This document shows positions 8,780 through 20,792 of a stretch of 34,781 bases of DNA, piece by piece. The translations under genes were made by a program, and so were the position numbers. The notes below the pieces were generated by a model. It was not told the origin of the DNA and searched no databases. It worked only from the letters and a program-made list of their open reading frames with translations. Numbering within the stretch: the stretch's first letter is position 1; every line of letters begins with the position of its first letter. The DNA comes from Catajapyx aquilonaris (Eukaryota). Location of the stretch: NCBI GenBank assembly GCA_000934665.2, contig JYFJ02004108.1, positions 1-34,781 on the forward strand, in the 5' to 3' direction.

Positions 8780-11700
8780 GTGACAGGTCAAGTTCAGGCA
8801 AACTAACAGTATGCATTCGGCATTTTTTTCCTTTTATGAACACGCACGTAGTAAGCTTGCACCGTATATCAATTGTGTGATTTTTAATTGTTCATTGTAT
8901 GGGAGACATACATGAGAATGTACATGAGAAGCAACCAAAGTTGAGGGAACTAATGCGGTCATTAAAACCGGGGTCGTCTCCTGATGAAGTCGGATTTCTG
9001 GTCGTACTCATTTACAGTTTAAAAAATATTGTCACATCATGAGAATCGCTCTTATTAGAACATGGGATTTCACTGCTTGCTGTTATGTTATCCTCATTAG
9101 TTAATGACTTCAGTTACTCGTCGGCATGCTTTGTAACTAGAACAGTATAACTGTGCGTGTACAACGTAATATCGATGTATGCACGAAGAATCCAGGTGTA
9201 AAATAATTAGGCTGCTGTGATATCCAGAGTGTCATGCAGCTGGATGAAGGATTAGGACACAATGGAAAATCCAGTTTTTCATTTGGGTGGGCCATCTTAT
9301 CTCCTGAAGGATAAGGCCGGTTATGTGAAGCGTGGAACCGGCTTTTAATTAACGCCATCTGACAATTCCTTCACTTCTGAGGTTATATCCAAGATGTGCA
9401 TATTTTACTGCAAACAACAGGAACAGAAGACACCACGATATCCTTCCGGATGCAGCCATCCCGCAGATAAGACCACAGATATCACCAAAAATAGGCTCAA
9501 ATTCCTCCTGCGGAAGTTGGGGCGTTGACATCTAGTTATATGAGGGTTGGGTTGTATTCTATTCTACTTTGCCAGCAGCTTCTAGCAACCTCACAGCCTC
9601 TCTCTCACTAGATAGGCGTTCTCCACATTCTTCTCTTCCTCCCCTTGGCCTTCATGCAGCTTCCTGCTGGGCATCTACCACTGATGCTGATGGACCACCA
9701 CCCCCTGTAATTCACCATGAAATATTCACATGCAAGGATTGTAACACATACCAACAGGAACGTGCCACGTGACATTGTCACTGTAACTCCAGAGATGGGC
9801 AGGGTGAAAGTATATTGCGATTCAAATGGGGCGTAATGACCTCAAGTATGTGAAAATGAACTTTGTCCACTGCTTCAGGGGCTATTTTGCAAGCAGTTAC
9901 GAACTCCGGTGGCGTCAGACAATTAGCTATTTTTTTTGTAGCTTCAACCAACTAATCTGTCGTAGATAAGTCTGGTATGGCCACCCAACAGTGGTCATTA
10001 GTTACAGCAACAGGTTTTTGCGAACTAGCTTTTTTTTTGTTGTTTGGTTGGAGACATGACGCGAGGAAAAGAAGTTTGAAATTAACGAGGAGAAGGAACG
10101 GAAGACGTGGGTTGGGCCCAATTGCAGCCCGAATAATAGTTTTCTCCTTGGATGAAATAGAAGAAAGGCCGCGTCCTTCTAATCTGCGTGTGTGCAAATC
10201 AGCATAACCTGAATACATCCCCCATTATTATGCAACTGGATGGAAGAACCGCAAAGGACACTCCCATCATTGGATGCTCAATGGCCTGTAGATGTTTGAC
10301 CTACGTGTTTTTCTTTGGTGACCAATGCATCGTATGGCCCACTTCTTAACCATGGTTTCATTTCGCGCACTGCTGGAAGCATATGGTAGTAGTAATCGGA
10401 TTTCCGGCAGGTGGATGATGTTATCCACTTCAACTTTGCCTTTCGAAACGTATTGCAGGTCATGCACGCCGCTTATTAGCTGTTTTAATACCCCATGGAT
10501 ATGATCATTAAAATATTAAGTTGTATTACCATTCGCATGGGTAATCTTAGCAACCGGCCTCTTTGGTGTTATAGAAAGCAGGCCTTCCGGTTTTGGGCTT
10601 GTACATTTTTTCGACTTTTTTTTTTTTGGGGGGGGGGGNGGGACCAATTTGTAGGAGAAAGCCGGCCATTACGTACGATTCGACACGTGCACACTACTGG
10701 GTACAATACCAGGGTGCAACTCATCGCGAGGGAAAGGGAGTTATTGTATAATTTTACCTGAGGATCTGAAGCACCATTATTTTCCAAACCAGAAACCGGC
10801 TGTACATATGGCTTTCTCCAGAAGGCCACGAGCAGCTGTGGTTGTTGTTGTGGGGGAAATAAATTAAAAGCGGGGTGACCCCCCTCTCCACTTACATATA
10901 TGGAAGGGTCACCCTTCCTGCGAACTACAAGCGGTATACGCACCTGGACCACGTCCGCTTGTTTTTTTTTTCTGAACCTGGCAAAAACCGCGGGAATGAC
11001 ATTCGAGAGCAGTTATTAATCTGTGGTGGAGGATTCGTGTGAGAAACAGCTGACCAACATATATTGCGTGACAGTGACAGATGGTAAATTCATCCCCGGC
11101 TCTTCCCTCCATGGCTCCCCCGAATGGCTCTGTAAGCATACTACTGCGCATGCTCACAAAGCACGGCCGGTGTGACGTCAGTTGGTTCTTTGGAAGGACT
11201 GTATCGAAATATTTCACATTCCTATATGCTAAAACGTCGCTTGCAAACCTTGCTAAAGGTGTGGACAGCCTGAATATTAAATGGCCACCTTTCACACCCA
11301 GGAGTGACAGGCTGCCCTATGTTGGGGTCACGCGCCATATTGGCTAACGGACAGGTCGGCACGAAAAAGAAATGTATTCGGTTCGAACCCAAAAGGCATC
11401 ACCCTTGTCACAACGCCCACAATCCCACCAGATTAAGAGCAGGTAAACATCTCTTCAGCGAGGGTGAACATGTTGACCTAGACGAATGATGGATGACCAA
11501 CAGGATGATATTCGACCTCGAGGCTTCTGGAAAAAAATGACTTATCGCTTCTGGTGTCCACACCCGATGACCTTTGGCGCGACCATCTTTTGCAGATCCG
11601 AATGGAAGAAGGTGGTGGCCTTCTTCTGAGGAAACATATACGAGCCGGTTTCTCTGTTAGGAAACTCTGCGTGACTGGACACCAACTTTGAACCCCCCCA

Positions 11701-12855
11701 ACTCCACCCACTTCTCTTCGCACAATCTGATTGCGGAGCTGGAATATTTCCGAGTTCAATTTGGCCTGACTGGGGGGTTAGAGTTCAGCGGCCCTTGAAA
11801 GTATACAGCAGGGTGAGAAAATGAAAAAAAGCAAATAGGGAAGGAGGGATTTGGCAAGATAAGACCCAAAAATTCCAAGAACTTCCTTAGGGAGCCTTAA
11901 TTATACTGGGGGTCCACGACCCGAATCTGAACTACGGGCCAATTTAGGAGGAATGCTCATTTTCTGGGGAGCAGCTGGAATTTTTGGAGGTCTTGGAATA
12001 TGGGGAGCCTCAGGAATTATTTGGGTGTTATCCCGTGGGAAGGACTAGGCCAGCCCTATAATGGAAGAAAATTATAGTTAGTAGGTGCTCGGAATCAAAA
12101 TGCCTTTTTAATGTCCAAAATAAGAGTGACGCCCAGAACTTACAAAAATTCTGCTTATTGTAATTACTCATTGGAATGTTAATCACATAATGACTCTTGG
12201 ATGACTAAACATGACAGGGTGAAAGTGCCCTTGGCAGCTACCCCGGAATTGCACCCAGAAAAATCCAAATTGGTACATAACTAGACAAAACCTTGACCAG
12301 CAATGCCCGATCAGTATCAATGATTGAACACACTGTCGCTTTTGTACAGGCCACCTGTCAACACCAATACTCACAGAACATGAGAGACTTGAACGAACGA
12401 GTGAGTAGAAATCCGCGTTCTTTCATAATCCCTACAATTTGACATCAGTTGGTTGCAATTTAGTTGAGACCAAACTCTGCCGGTTTGATCCATAATGACA
12501 GAACCGCAACTACCAATTTGCTTGCGAGAAAAGGTTCGCCATAATAAATCGCTTCCCTGATGTGTTGGTCTGCACGGATGGGTATACCTGACAGTCGCTC
12601 AGCTTCTTGCTCTTGTGTGAAATATAATCTCAACTCCAGCCTCCTCAACAAAATCTGAGTCACAATCTGGTGATGATGATGTACAAGTTCCGTACAGAAT
12701 ACACAAGCAGGAGATAATTAAGAGAGTGACATGACTTCCGTTTCATGCTCAAAAAAGGAGGCTCCAAGGTGGAAATGTCTTGATGATGATGGTCTCTTTT
12801 TATCTTTTCAGGTGTGATAGATAGCTGAGGACATGGTGGCAGCAGCATTGACGGG

Positions 12856-15800
12856 ATGGATTCGCCTACTCATTTTAGCGAATCCAATTTACGAAGGTAT
12901 TCTAAGGGACTAAGGTGAGTTGCGTCACTTGTGGTCAATAGCACCGTTTCAGGTGTTTTTCAGTTTGATTTACCATGCGGAATCTGTGGGAAATTTGAGG
13001 CGTGAATAAGGCACCCCAAAAGTGCATTAGACATTGTGGCCATCACTTCCCACCTTGGTGTTACCTTCCTCCACTTTATGGCCTATTTCCTTTCTATGCG
13101 GCATCATTGCTAATCTCCACGCGTGACTTTGTCAAGAAAAAGAAGTGTTCTCCCCATCCATTATTGTTCTTAAAGGTGGGAAAGAGGACGTCGCCACATT
13201 TTTCGTGCGAATTAATTTTCTCGCCAACTTTTCTGTTTGTCCCATACCCGCAAACAGGATTGACGGTGGCTTTACCATTCCGTTATGATGGCCACATTGC
13301 GAGATGAATGAAAAGTAAATAATCCGCTCAGGTGAATTCAGGGATCATAATTTCGTGAGATTGTCTTCATACAACTATTGTTCCTGATGGAGAAATCGTC
13401 CTTTGCAACCGGGGTGAAATCCGTGAAATAATCTGTCCATGGACGTGGAACAATAGTTCGTATATTGTATCAGTCGAGGGTTATATCAACAATCGATTTC
13501 CTGGTAGCCATTTCAGCAGGCATGATGAATGGATATGTGTTCATCTTCATTGCAAACAGAGCCATTGAAACCATGTTTACTGGCGTCGTTATGTCGCCCA
13601 CTTTACCGGGCCAATTTCATAGCTCAACTCGTTCACGGACAGTTCCCTTTTTCGGATACTTAAAAGTCACGTATGATTTGGAGGTCTGCTTACCGTTATT
13701 TGTGAGCAAATAGCTCCATCAATAATCAAATCCTTTCACGCTTTGAGGTTTTATTGCACGAAGCTGATTAGTACAATAAATGGTGTTTAACAGCATATTT
13801 GTAAACCTACATATTGTTTCACAACAATGCAGCAATTGAATAACCTCTTATCAAATTCATAATCATGCCTTGTCACTCTGATGACAGCCTAAGTGCTTTT
13901 AATGGAAGCTTTTTAACACCACTTCCTCATTCCAGCCCTAATAATGGCTCCTTCCTTCTAGGTCCTCCAAGAAGAGTTTATACGCCTATTCAGACTACTG
14001 CGAAGAAAAAGATGGCCACAATCTAGGACCACGTTCCATTTCACTGGTACGTTCCTGCACCGGTAATCCATTGTGTCTATGCAATATTAGGCTCTTTCTA
14101 CCAGGCCTGAGCAGCAGCCCATTTGGGTCAGATCCGCATCATTTCTTTTTTTCCCCCCCTTCTTATTCCTCCACCTCGAAAGCCTTTGGGCTCAGTTGGC
14201 TTTCAGACCGTGTAGGTGAGTTAGGTCCGTCTCTTCGGCGGTGTATTGTTGGAAAAAAGAGGGGGGGGGGGGTTCCCGTTCTATGAAACGGTTCCTGTGC
14301 GGTACCCCCTATTCTGCGTAATTCCATGGAAGGATTTCCGCTGGGTGCTTCCACGTGCCCCTTTTCCGTCGCCGTCACTCGAGCCTGACAGTAATTTTTC
14401 TGGCTTCCGCTACCAATTATCATATGATGGACTGCTCCAGCGCGAGAGTGTCGTGTCAGTGAGGGTTTTCCAGGTGTCGCACAGGGAATAGGGTGACGAC
14501 ACACGGTGGGTGTGGAAGGTAAGATGTCTTTTCGTGGCGTCAAATTAGTGATAGAAGCAAACATTTTTACAGTTGGAGGTAGGGCAAATAGTGGTCAATC
14601 TGAAGGTACCAAAATTTGGTACAATAATTTTAGGCAAATCTCGTAAACTTCGTGTGAGTCAGAGCGTTCTAAACGTACACTGTGGGAGTGAGGTAAGCGC
14701 TTCTTACATTTTGCCTCATAAGTAGCGGTAACAATTTCACTTTTGAAGTTAGGCCAAGAAGGGTCGAAACTGGTGCAACCAAAATCGCAATGTTTTGTAC
14801 AATTTTACATCGGATTTGTAACCTTCGTGTCAGCCCACGATGATACTCCCCGTCCATTTTATATGATTGAGTTCCTTGGTTAGTGTTGTTCGCCAGGATA
14901 TATCCTTGGGCAGCCCAGAATTTATGATTCATTACTGCAACCGAGCCTCTGCACTTGATTTATACACCGAGATACCCACAGATATTGTGCTCACGTCCAT
15001 GTGGTCCCGGCCTCGGGCCCTCCATGTCCACTTTCAATTTATTTGCGGGCCCCGAAGAGAAAGGCAAGATCAGTTTTTTAGTCTCGCTTTCACTCTCATT
15101 GTCAAAGTCAGCTTTGGTTATTCAACCTCCTCGGGAAAGAACCATTTATTTCGCCCAGACTTCCTGTGCTCATTTACATACCCTTTTGTGGAGCTCCTCT
15201 TTTTTTTTTTTTTTTTTTTTTGCAATCTGTCGAAGGCGCTAAGCACGGAACTCGTAATGATGATGATCATCCTAGCGCCTGTATAGCCGTGTAATTATAG
15301 GGATCTAACCCCTTCATCCACCCTTCCTCTACAAACCTCACCTTTGTGTCGAAACCAAATTGAAAGCGTCTTTTATTCCGAACTTGGGAGTGATTAATCC
15401 TCTCGGAGAGGGTCCAGGGTGGGAACCGTTGACCTCGGAGGAATTTTCTCCATCAAAATTACACTGCATGATTGCTCCAAGCCGACAAAACAGCGGGCAA
15501 AAGACAGCATCCAAACAGGTACACGGATGTCATTAATATTTTGTGTGAAAGCCATGGGGTAGATTTTTTTTTTGGATAATATTAATTCATATTTCAAAAC
15601 ACTACATGATAAATTTATAAATATATCTAATGGAGAAAGTAATGTCCTGATATTAACTAAACATCTAATTAATGATACCTTTTGTGAACCTAATAAAGTG
15701 GTAAAGATGGCGTAACGACCTTGAAGGGAAATGGCAATTGCGCGACATTTTATTAACTCTGGGAGATAGATCTCGTGATCTAGCTCCAAGGAAGGCAATC

Positions 15801-18800
15801 AGGCGTGGAAAAAGAATGTGGAAAAGAAACGATGGCATGATGTTGTGAATGTGATCTTCCAGCAACGAAAAGGTGTACTTCTTCTAGCCACTGCCCCCTA
15901 TCGGTCAATGACCATCAGGTGGATACAAAAAAGAGGATGTCTCGAATCCCCAAGGTTGACCTTCTTGTGTGTTGCAACGGACTACAGCGGGGGAAAAAAA
16001 AGTATCTTTCGGAAGGAGTTACGACGCATTTTTCTTCCGTAGTTGCATTTTCGTGGCATCGCCAGCAGGTGTAATTTTTGCCTAATTATGAACCATTAAA
16101 ATTGACTTTTATTGCCACCCCCATCCCCCCTTCTGCTTGATCAAACGTATGGGAGCATAAAAGTCAGGCTATCTCTTAAATTGAATGACAAATTTTGGTG
16201 CTTTGTATATATTCATAAATAAATCAGGGAGGTTCATGCCCTGTTTTGGAAACTTGGAAGAAATCCTTTAATTTCTCAACAACCATTAAAAAAAACCCGC
16301 GACAAGTACATGGCCACAAGAATTCTCACACTGACTACAAATGTCCTTTAATGAGCTGAGAGATACTTGTGCCACCCCGAAAAGCGTCACCTCTCGTGGT
16401 AATTGCCGTATCATAAAACCATTACCCTTGAGGGTGAGTTCAGTTAATCTATGGGGTATGGTTGGTCAAACGAGGAATAGACCGTGACCTAACCTGTATG
16501 ATCCGATAAGACTGTACATTGTCTTTTATTTTTAATTTTCAGACAGCGCTTCATTCGGAGGTGAAGAACGGTGGTCTTGAGCCTCGGATGGCCCAGCTGG
16601 AGACTCTGGAAGCCAAGGTGACTAATTAGCATGCTTGACAAAATAGCAATAATTCCTCCCCTTGTTCATGGTTCCTTGATTTCCGGACCCATTTCCTAGC
16701 CACGCATTTAGTTCCTTTGTCCTGGCTAGGAATGGGACTCACGAAGGGTCTTTTTTTGTTGTTTGTGAGTGCAATTCATGGTGTGGGGATGAGTCAACGT
16801 AGGGCGTGGGGACAACCCCAAGAGACTCATGCAATTCATATGTGAATGCGTGTGGAGCCCAGGAGGCGCCAGTGCTTCTCGACCGCGCCCACTTCAAATC
16901 CATCATTGGGGATGCTTATTGGGGGGTTGTAAAAGTCAAAATGGGGCGTAGGTCCCTCACCTTGCATTTACAAGATTAGATACTTGTGAGTTATTAGGCT
17001 CTATATGTCGTCATTAAAAGAGGAAAAGCATTTGAAGTCATGCTTACAAGTTACAATCTTAACATAACTCATCGTAGCAAGATGAGCATCCCCATTGGGG
17101 GGCATCGTTTGAATTTTCAAAATATATCTGGTCCTTTCCATTCTGAAAAAGTAATATGAAGTTTTATTCCACCAGATGGCAAGCATTGAGGTGTCACTGT
17201 CTACGACAGGACGTAAGAGAAAAAATGGAACTGTAGTCCGCACGCCTAAAGAGTTGGCGAAAGAACTGGAAGTCCTTCGGAATGCTCTTCGAGATAAAGA
17301 AAATGTCATCCAGAGGTAAGGTGTAGGGATTATGTGTACTGATCATTGACTTGTACTTATACACCATTCTTATGGCCAGTTTGAAGAGTCAGCTGAACAC
17401 TCCAGTACAGCATCACAGAGCACCTGGCCATTACCTGAAGAATACAAATGGATGCATAAAACCCCTGAGTGACAATGAGAGGAGAGGAGTTGAAGAGAGG
17501 CTGCAGAAGGTGGACAAAGATATGGACACCAAGAGATTGGCAGCAAAGAATCTCAAGCTGGCATTGGAAAGACTGGACATATCTGAGTAAGTGCAGCTTA
17601 TCATTTCAAAAGGGTTTATCCTGCAAACAGCTAGATTATTGCTATTCATCACTATTTCAAGACCAAGGAGATCTGCAATGATTGGACAATACTCCCAAGT
17701 TAACATATTTATGCAATGTCACATCAATTACTTCCTTACTAATATTTTTAAAAACTCTCATTAAATTGCTTTGCATTCTATTTTACTGATGCATTCTAAT
17801 AAAAAAGTATTGAATCTGATTTTATTTTGCTAAAGTATGGCACTGCTCCTAAGCTGATACTACTCAAATGTCACTTGTAGTACAATGCTGGGCCAAAAGT
17901 CCATCTTTTCTTCTAAACAAGTAAATGTAAACAAATGAATCAAATAGTAGTAATGCCTGTGTGCACAGACACCTCTCAAGTTCATGTTCGGAATTTGTCT
18001 TGGTACAAGTGTTCGCCACAATAATTTATCTGAATAATTCATTTTATGTTTCCAGCAACATTGATGTGAGGATCCAGCAAGCAGAGTTGGAATACCAGTT
18101 GGAACGAGAAGAGCTCAACATCCTAAACCTGGAGGAAGAGTCACGCAACCTGCGCAATTGCCTGGAAGAGAGTGACGCCTATCGACAAAACACCATAGCT
18201 AACAGCCTCTTCTCCTCAGTACCAGACAAGATGAATGTCTCTCTTCATGCCTTCGAGGTTGAGTTTGACCCAGACAACCCACCATTCACAGTAAGCAAGA
18301 AGGATGGAAAGACTGGCCTTTTTGTCACCTGGGCCTCAGATATAACTGATCTTAAAAAAGGTGACCGATTAATAGAGGTAAATGGAGCGCCAACACTGTC
18401 TGGCACTCGAGAAGACCTCGCAAAAACCCTCAGCCTGTCAGATCATCTGCAACCCTCTACCCCACTGCGACTGGTGGTGCTGAGATGCCAACCACAATTG
18501 CCTCAACGTCGTGAGTTGGCTGCCCTAAGAGGTGAGCTGGCTTTAGTGACCTCTCGACTTGAAGAAGAGCGACGAGAACGCCGTGATATGGTCTTAAATC
18601 ACGACAAAGTCACCAAGGAACGAGATTCCCTTCGGGGTGAAAACTTACGTCTGACTCACCGCATCTCATACCTTGAAGAACAAGTGGCTGAACTACAACG
18701 ATTGGTTTGTGGATCAAAGGGCAACAAGATGCGTGATTCATTTTTCCAGAAAGGGCCACAAGTCACCCGTGTTCCAGCAGAAGTGGCAGAGGTAGGATTG

Positions 18801-19271
18801 AGGTCAAAGAGCCCTGAAAATCGCCACCAGTATCCAACTCTTCGAGCTGGTACATCACCTACTCCCCAAAACCACTTACGGGCAAGGCTGCTTGAAACCC
18901 TACGGCGTGTGTCACCTCCTGGTGGTGGGTCAGTTGAGTGCCTGTCAGCAGCATCAGAGCCACACTACTACCAGCAGCGTAAAACTAAGCCAGCCCCGCC
19001 TCGCAAACCAGCACGTTTATCTCTCCCAAGAGCCACCAGTGTCCAATCGGTTGATGGAGCAATGGATTCCTCTCACAAACGTAGCCATGGTGGGCACCAC
19101 AGCCCATTAAGACCGTGGCCATCAGTGGAGCAGAGCATCAGCTCAGCATCATCTGTTGCATCAACACCAATTGGTAAAGCACACAGGTGCTGGCCATCGA
19201 TCATTAGTGGACTAAGGCCAGCCACTAGTTTAGGACTGGCTGCTGCCAAGGGTAGTGAAAAGTGGTGTTAG
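12856..19271 (+). CDS. Coiled-coil and PDZ-domain protein, about 593 aa, 6 coding exons (12856-12914, 13962-14046, 16543-16617, 17176-17315, 17380-17586, 18056-19271)
   Basis: Six GT-AG-bounded exons join in frame (MDSPTH..GLR|SSKKSL..RSISL|TALHSE..LEAK|MASIEVSLS..). Heptad-rich segments flank a PDZ-like core (GLFVTWAS..LKKGDRLIEVNG..LRLVVLR), followed by a Pro/Ser tail (KPAPPRKP) ending EKWC. The last four exons are firm; the first two are less certain. The first exon has an acceptor at 12812. Confidence 0.8.
15200..15221. repeat. Poly(T) tract, about 22 nt
   Basis: Mononucleotide run seen directly. Confidence 0.9.
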
Positions 19272-19444
19272 TGGCTTCTATAGTGTGTGCAATGTAAAGG
19301 AGAGTTTTCCAATAGGTGGACAAATTCATCACATTGACTGCAATTCAGCCAGTGAAAATGTATTCCATGAATTTCCCAGTAATCCCTTCTTGTAGTCCAG
19401 AAAGTGAAAAATTGCAACACGAAATAATTTATTGACTATCTGAT

Positions 19445-20453
19445 TCAGGTGCGCATGTTCATGATGTTGATTTCCTCCTGCTCCCTACGCTCAGCCAGGT
19501 TGCTGATCACAGAGCTAAGCCAGCTGTTGAAGTCAGCCCTCACACGATTGGCATCCTCTTCCAGATTAATTTCCATCTGAGGAACACGTGAGAAGGAGTG
19601 GGACAGGCGGGTGTTGCGACGTCCAACCCCTCCACCTCCTCCAGACCTCCTGTTGGCCAGCACCAGGCACTGGAAGTCCTGGATTCCATGCTGCTCCACA
19701 AACAGGGAATAAAACATGTCCAACTCTTGAGACTGACCTTCTTTTTCAGGGTTGAACACGAACATCACAGCACCCACATCTCTCTGGATTGCTGGCCAGC
19801 ATGGCTCGAACCTTGAGTGGAGAATATTGGCGGATGATTCATAACCGTTAGCTTATACAGTACCCTATATCTGTTGAAATGCGGTGAAATGTATTTATGC
19901 TCAAGTGTACCACCCACGTTAGTAATTAGTTTATGCTAATATATTATAGGAGGCTGTTTTTAACTTGACCTCGACACGCTCAAAGGCTTGCTCAGAGGTG
20001 TACATTATTGGCTGAGGAGGCGGTATCAGTAGCACATTATTTACAACAAGCACCTGATGTGGCATTTAGGTTCTCAGATTATAATTAAGTTTTTACCTAA
20101 TTACCTTTTCATACTCTGCCCCTTACACTAGCCATATAATAGTTACTACAGTAGTAGAAAGAGGGTGATCCCCACTTACTTGTGATCCCCACTGCAGTCC
20201 CACAACTCTATTTCAGCCTTGAAGGCCTTATTGTTGACATTTAGTGTTGGTGACTCAAATTCCAAGACCCTCACTCCCTGTGTGGGACGGTAATCCTTTC
20301 CAACACTCTCAGTTGCATCAGCCAGGAAGTTGGCAATGGCCGTCTTGCCACTCTAGGCACAACAACAGAATTATATATCACACTGCCACAGTAAAATGAT
20401 TGTCATAAACTCACCTCGCAAGGGCCAATAATGAGGACTTTCAAGCGCAGCAT
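19445..20453 (-). CDS. IFT22: Intraflagellar transport protein 22 (Rab-like 5), 192 aa, 3 exons (20453-20415, 20352-20180, 19811-19445)
   Basis: LKVLIIGPCE|SGKTAIANFLAD P-loop, YRPTQGVRVLEFE, ELWDCSGDHK|FEPCWPAI and ERREQEEINIM tail typical of IFT22/RABL5. Phases are consistent. Minus-strand AATAAA at 19433-19428. Confidence 0.95.
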
Positions 20454-20792
20454 GTTCGAGCCGCAGTGTGTGTCAGTGATATCGACCTGAATCGGCAACG
20501 ATGGCAACGGGAATGGAAAAAATCGAAACTTGGGCCACTCAGGCCATAGAAAAAAAGAGCGGGAGAAACTGCGTCTCACCGGAGAGGAGCCATATTGTGT
20601 ACAAAACAATGGGAGATGAGCTACCTGGATCGGTACCGTGAAGATTTCAATCAACTGATTCATCATCGGCGTCTGCGTGTTGAAGGTCTGAGTTCGTGCC
20701 GGAGTCAGGAGCAGTAATGGCGCCCTTTGTGTACGAAGCCATGCCCGCTGGATGCTCATCTGCTGGCACGCTCTAACTAACAGACGCCAGTC
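20454..20792. promoter_or_regulatory. Bidirectional promoter region shared by IFT22 and TYW1, with a candidate RFX X-box at 20494-20508
   Basis: Head-to-head ATGs are 340 bp apart. GGCAACGATGGCAAC has two RGYAAC half-sites 41-55 nt upstream of the IFT22 ATG. Confidence 0.6.

Noticed and set aside
8600..8880. Poly-Asn and poly-Tyr ORFs
   Set aside because: They are translations of the (TAT)24 microsatellite.
10616..10642. T-run/G-run containing an N
   Set aside because: Low-quality homopolymer sequence, not interpretable as a feature.
10873..10914. Short inverted repeat gggtgaccc/gggtcaccc
   Set aside because: A 9-bp arm is within chance expectation for a window this size, with no other support.
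9137..16042. Many 60-140 aa ORFs inside the PDZ-gene introns
   Set aside because: Mostly non-ATG starts, homopolymer-derived residues, and no domains or consistent splice structure; no nested gene, transposase or RT is supported.
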